NCBI GenBank assembly: GCA_037447605.1
Contig: CM074804.1
Span: 1 to 64,000, forward strand
Length of the DNA: 64,000 nt
Direction: 5' to 3'
Origin: Zygnema circumcarinatum SAG 698-1b
Taxonomy: Eukaryota > Plantae > Zygnematophyceae
A program made the translations under genes and the position numbers. The notes beneath the pieces are model-generated. The model had not been told where the DNA came from. It searched no databases and saw only the letters and a program-made list of their open reading frames with translations. Of this stretch, positions 61,563 through 64,000 are shown in pieces; the stretch's first letter is position 1; each line of letters starts with the position of its first letter.

Positions 61563-62112
61563 CAGCTCTTTGAGTATCAAGAGCGGCGAAGCAAGAAATT
61601 TTTGAGACACCTGCTTCCCCAATTCCATTCTCAGGTTTGCGCTACTTTTTTTCAACGATTAGAGTTCTAGCTTTGCGTTCTTCACTTCTGACTGAAGCTT
61701 CTCTCCTTCTGCCTGCCTCCTTCTCGTCCTCTAACTTCACTTTGGCTCAGCCAACAGATTAGGTTGGGCTTCCTGGCGAGCTTCATCTCTCTCAGGCCGC
61801 ATAACATCGGACCGCGATGGCAGATCCGCTGCTCGGATCCCTAACTCTTTCGCTTCATTCTCAGCCTTATTCCTTTCTTACAATTGTAGTTCTGCTTCTT
61901 CATATACTTTATGTTTTTGTTTTCGTTTGTGTCTGTGTTATGTTTATGTTAATTTTTTTGTTATTGTTCTGTTATGCTTATGTTTGGATCGTCTAGGTCA
62001 ATTGTTTGCCATCCAAATTGTTCAAAAACACATGGTAACGCACGTCACATCACGTCACGTCACATTCTAGAATTTCAGAGTTTTGTTTGATTGAGATTCA
62101 AATGGGGCCCTA

Positions 62113-62215
62113 GAGGGAGTAGTGACTGAGGCTATGAAGGGGAAGGTGAGCAAGTTGGACCATCTAATGGAGCGGGCGAAGGAGTACTCCGACTTTCTGT
62201 TTCAGCAGATGAACG
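62113..62215 (+). pseudogene. Isolated fragment resembling the N-terminal motif of DDM1/LSH-type SNF2 remodelers
   Basis: KVSKLDHLMERAKEYSDFLFQQMN resembles the KLDELL..TQLYSEFLLEKM motif of DDM1 as recalled; no further exons seen. Confidence 0.3.
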
Positions 62216-63435
62216 GATTAAATCTTGCAAGGATTCATCGTGGTTTTCCATATTGTGTTGTTGGTGTCTTCATTAGTGAAGTCGATGGATTGACTGTTGG
62301 CAGCTTCGACTGTGTAGATTAGTTTGAATGGTATTGTGGTCGTGAATTGAGTCGGTAGCCAGCCAGTTATGTACGATCTGTATGTATGTATGTTATGTGA
62401 TGGTATGTCAGTTATGCATCTTGTGCCTTCAGCCACTCGTGTAGTGTGGCTGAAGTTGAGTCTCTCCCCCTCTCCTTTTCCCTCTCTGTATCGGCATCGA
62501 GCGAGGATCCTTCAGCCTGAGCCACAAGAAGTGGAAGCGCTAGCAGTAGGCAGGAGGTGCACGCAAAGGGGTCAGGCCACAACACACAATAAGCTGCATG
62601 TTTTGCTCCACACGGCCTCGACCGCGGATCGCTGACGTCCTTGCCGCCGTCCGATGACTCCCGGGCCGACCGTCCGATGGCAGGCCCTCGCGCCCGCTCC
62701 CGGCGTGCCCGGCACGGCGATGCCGCAGGGACCGTACGAAATGTACGGCCGCAGGCCCTGTAAAGCGTACGGGGGTGTACGGTCGTCCTGCCCGGCCTTG
62801 ACCGCGCGCCTGGCCTCGACAATTCAATGGAATTCCTATACGTTTTTAAGGAAAATTTTGAGATTTTTCTAAGGGATTTTACGGGATAGTGCAAAGCACC
62901 TAAGAAAAGCCCTAGTTATCGCGCCGTCCTCTCCCCGGCCCTCCACAGGCGCGCTGCCGCGGCATCGAGCAGTTCTCGCAAACCCTCTTGTGGGCCCGGC
63001 CCCACACATTTTCTCTAATTAATTCACTCCCTATTTTACTCCGTTGCAAAAGATGAAAGATTAACACAATAGAATTGCTGAAAAGAAAAGAATATAGAAA
63101 AACTCTTTATACATTAAAGAGAATCGTACAAACTAGGTGTACTTGGACATGCTCCTCCAAGGACCGCAAGCACCACCTTCAACTACACACAATGAAGTGC
63201 AGCACCTCTCTGCAAGCTTGAACACTGTCACTCTGCCAAACCAATGTCCTGTTACGCAATAATAAGGAGAACTATATACCGCCCCCCCCCCTTTTTTGGT
63301 TATCCCGCCACTGTTTTTTTGAAATCCGACCCTCCCATTTCGGCTATTCTGTCCCCTGTTTTGAAATATCCCGCCCCCCCCATTCTGGATATTTCCCCCC
63401 CGTTTTCTCCTTCTCACACATCAGCGCAACGTTCG

Positions 63436-63946
63436 AGAGTGAGAGCAAAGGAGAGAAAGAGAGTGAGCAGAGGAGTGAGAGCAAAGGAGAGAGAGACTAG
63501 AGTAGAGAGCACAGGAGAGAGCAAAGGAGCGAGAGAATGAGCAGAGGAGTGAGAGCAAAGGAGAGAGAGACTAGAGTAGAGAGCACATGAGAGAGCAAAG
63601 AGAGAGAGAGAATGAGCAGAGGAGAGAGAGTAGAGGAGAGAAAGACTAGAGGAGACTAGAGGAGAGAGCAAAGGAGAGAGCAAAGGAGCGAGAGAATGAG
63701 CAGAGGAGTGAGAGCAAAGGAGAGAGAGACTAGAGTAGAGAGCACAGGAGAGAGCAAAGGAGCGAGAGAATGAGCAGAGGAGTGAGAGCAAAGGAGAGAG
63801 AGACTAGAGTAGAGAGCACAGGAGAGAGCAAAGGAGCGAGAGAATGAGCAGAGGAGTGAGAGCAAAGGAGAGAGAGACTAGAGTAGAGAGCACAAGAGAG
63901 AGCAAAGGAGAGAGAGTAGAGGAGAGAAAGACTAGAGGAGAGAGAG

Positions 63947-63995
<49 letters not shown>

Positions 63996-64000
63996 AGAGT
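63436..64000. repeat. GA-rich minisatellite with a 74-bp unit, decaying into (GA)n
   Basis: The unit GAGCAGAGGAGTGAGAGCAAAGGAGAGAGAGACTAGAGTAGAGAGCAC... starts at 63465, 63539, 63698, 63772 and 63846. Confidence 0.9.

Noticed and set aside
63133-63170. Possible Helitron 3' end on the minus strand (CTTGGA..TCCAAG hairpin then CTAG|T)
   Set aside because: Only a 6-bp stem and no matching 5' TC end or Rep/Hel sequence was identified.
63436-64000. 74-bp periodic array as a CRISPR locus
   Set aside because: No unique spacers, low-complexity GA units, eukaryotic context and no cas genes.

Overview
Left end of a eukaryotic chromosome from a streptophyte, most likely a green alga; this is inferred from the ARF, NAL1, PTF2 and RUS6 homologues and the GC-rich, intron-rich genes, and the species is not determinable. 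About 1.47 kb of telomere made of mixed CCCTAAAA/CCCTAAAAA units is followed by a small foldback element and a gene-dense 50 kb block of ten spliced genes. These are an A/B-type auxin response factor, mitochondrial malate dehydrogenase, a PTF2/BRF2-like TFIIB factor, a conserved plant acidic protein, a NAL1-like protease, Gemin2, farnesyltransferase beta, a DUF1997 protein, a RUS6-like DUF647 protein and a SYP4-type syntaxin; six of them form three head-to-head pairs. From about 52.7 kb the window is repeat-derived: inverted coiled-coil-coding fragments, a decayed Ty3/Gypsy element carrying two nested solo LTRs with perfect 5-bp TSDs, and a GA-rich 74-bp minisatellite. The most notable points are three coexisting telomere-type motifs (8- and 9-mer terminal, 7-mer interstitial), a telomere-derived TGCAGGG satellite that occupies the place of missing RUS6 exons, a 76-copy CTCTCAG acceptor-like intronic array, an ARF combining class A DNA-binding motifs with an RLFG repressor motif, and dense GTAC clusters in promoters and in an LTR-like repeat. 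Exon boundaries were read by eye. Six 10-N gaps and locally noisy sequence limit certainty.
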